A stretch of 27,147 bases of DNA. Origin: a virus. Its lineage: Duplodnaviria; Caudoviricetes. Where the stretch lies: IMG/VR virus record IMGVR_UViG_3300010052_000177, positions 1 to 27,147 of that record; one strand, written 5' to 3'. The translations under genes and the position numbers were made by a program. Positions 25,972 to 27,147 of the stretch are shown in pieces (within the stretch, counting starts at the first letter, position 1; every line of letters starts with the position of its first letter). The notes beneath the pieces are model-generated. The model was not told the origin of the DNA and did no database searches. It saw only the letters and a list, made by a program, of their open reading frames with translations.

Positions 25972-27147
25972 TTATTGACAAATACTTGTCAGGTGATCGG
26001 CCCACTTGACAAGGGCGTCTCGTTTCTCCGGCTCATAGGTTGCTCGGTTGTAGACGCCTGCCACGCCGGCTTTAAAGCCGCTGATGTGGTTCAAGACCGC
26101 CTCGACGATGTGCGGCATGATCCCGATTGAAGCCATGCCAGTCGCGACTGTTCGCCTGATGTCGTGCGGGGTCCAGCGCTCTTTGCTCGCTTGGAGCTTG
26201 AGCCGAACAGCCTGCGCAATCGCGTTGCTCTCGACGGGCTCCCCCGTTCGCGTGAACAGCGGGGCCTCGTCCTCATCCTCAGCCCTGCTCAAGGCCTCGG
26301 TCACGATAGACATCGCGAGCGGTGACAGCGGCACCACGTGCGTCAGCTCGTTCTTGGTACGGGCGCCCGGAATGGTCCAGGTTGCCCGGGCTAGATCTAC
26401 TTCCGACCTGCGCATCCCACACACTTCGCCAGAGCGTTGCCCGGTCAACAGCAGCAGCCGCAGCACATCAGCCGTCACCGGGCTTAGCGCGGCCGAATTT
26501 AGCGCCCCCCACGCCGCCTTGACTTCTGCGTCGGACAGAACTCTATCGCGTCGAGTGGGCTTGCTGCGGGGCTTGAGGCCGGCGATTGGGGATACCGTCA
26601 GGTACCCATCATCGACCGCCCAATTGAAGAACTTCCGAACCACTGCCTGGATGTTTCTCGCTTGGACCTTGGCGCCCGCTGCCGACTTCTTGTCGATGAT
26701 GTCGAGCACGTCACGCCGAACAACAGCCATCCCTTTCATGCGCCCAATTGCTGGGTACACCTCGGCCTTGAGAATGCGCTCATCCTCTTCCCATGTCCGC
26801 TTGTTCGGCTTGGCGTAGACTTCGAGGTAAAGCGCGCCCAGTTCCTCGATGGTTGCAGCCGCACGCCTGGCGGATTTCGCCTTCGCCGGATCCTCACCAT
26901 CGGCGACTGACGTCATGGCCCTCAGCGCTTTCTTGCGGGCTGCGTCAAGGGACACGGCAGGATAGCGGCCCAGCTTTACCCGCTGGCGAGTATTGTCGCT
27001 CTCTCGGGTATACATCAGGTTCCACGTTTTGGTGCCTGTCGGCGCCACCCGAAGTGACAGCCCGACCAGTTGCATGTCGAAATAGTCTGTGCGAGTCTCT
27101 GCTGAGACACTGGCCACGAAGCGATCAGTCAGCTTCAGTTTTGGCAA
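25972..27147 (-). CDS. int: Tyrosine integrase (P4-like, arm-binding N-terminal domain)
   Basis: GLSLRV..G.KTW..LGRYPAVSLDAAR. Catalytic GQRSGE, TKN, HDIRRT, LNH, VY. TTG start at the window edge. Confidence 0.96.
   Translation of the reverse strand: MPKLKLTDRFVASVSAETRTDYFDMQLVGLSLRVAPTGTKTWNLMYTRESDNTRQRVKLGRYPAVSLDAARKKALRAMTSVADGEDPAKAKSARRAAATIEELGALYLEVYAKPNKRTWEEDERILKAEVYPAIGRMKGMAVVRRDVLDIIDKKSAAGAKVQARNIQAVVRKFFNWAVDDGYLTVSPIAGLKPRSKPTRRDRVLSDAEVKAAWGALNSAALSPVTADVLRLLLLTGQRSGEVCGMRRSEVDLARATWTIPGARTKNELTHVVPLSPLAMSIVTEALSRAEDEDEAPLFTRTGEPVESNAIAQAVRLKLQASKERWTPHDIRRTVATGMASIGIMPHIVEAVLNHISGFKAGVAGVYNRATYEPEKRDALVKWADHLTSICQ

Larger units (their letters stand above)
1..27147 (-). 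mobile_element. Temperate podovirus-like prophage (integrase to lysis cassette)
   Basis: Co-oriented integrase, early genes, terminases, portal, scaffold, capsid, adaptor/nozzle, ejection proteins, tail fibre and lysis genes, many with ATGA overlaps. No tape-measure or tail-tube gene recognised. att sites not seen. Confidence 0.95.

Noticed and set aside
25975-25991. Plus-strand TTGACA and TGACAA-N4-TTGTCA at the integrase 3' end as an antisense promoter
   Set aside because: No -10 element at the proper spacing; cannot be supported further.
1-27147. CRISPR array, tRNA, DGR/reverse transcriptase, invertase shufflon, att repeats
   Set aside because: No repeat-spacer array, cloverleaf, RT or invertase ORF seen by eye. 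att sites would lie outside the window.

Overview
The window is one compact (about 27 kb) temperate podovirus-like prophage, almost entirely on the minus strand. High GC and the gene families suggest an alphaproteobacterial (Hyphomicrobiales-type) host; this is inference. Right to left it carries: a P4-type tyrosine integrase; AlpA, winged-helix and small replication/early genes; a DUF6456 (GafA C-terminal/GafZ-like) late regulator followed directly by a consensus sigma70 promoter and an intrinsic terminator; an opposite-strand HigBA-type toxin-antitoxin pair; P22 gp3-like small terminase, large terminase, portal, scaffold and major capsid; adaptor and nozzle; three ejection proteins; a tail fibre with two accessory genes; an FkbM methyltransferase moron; and a GH108 endolysin/holin/spanin lysis cassette interrupted by foreign phage DNA. 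No CI/Cro immunity module, helicase or primase is recognisable. Instead the int-alpA gap has an alphaproteobacterial LexA box and two DnaA boxes. The most notable signals are regulatory: a lambda pR'/Q-like antitermination switch apparently run by a GTA-regulator-family protein, an 11-bp-phased iteron-like array behind it, and a 17-nt motif shared by two ribosome-binding regions. att sites are not visible because the window ends at the integrase start codon. All family calls are from motif recognition and synteny, not database searches.
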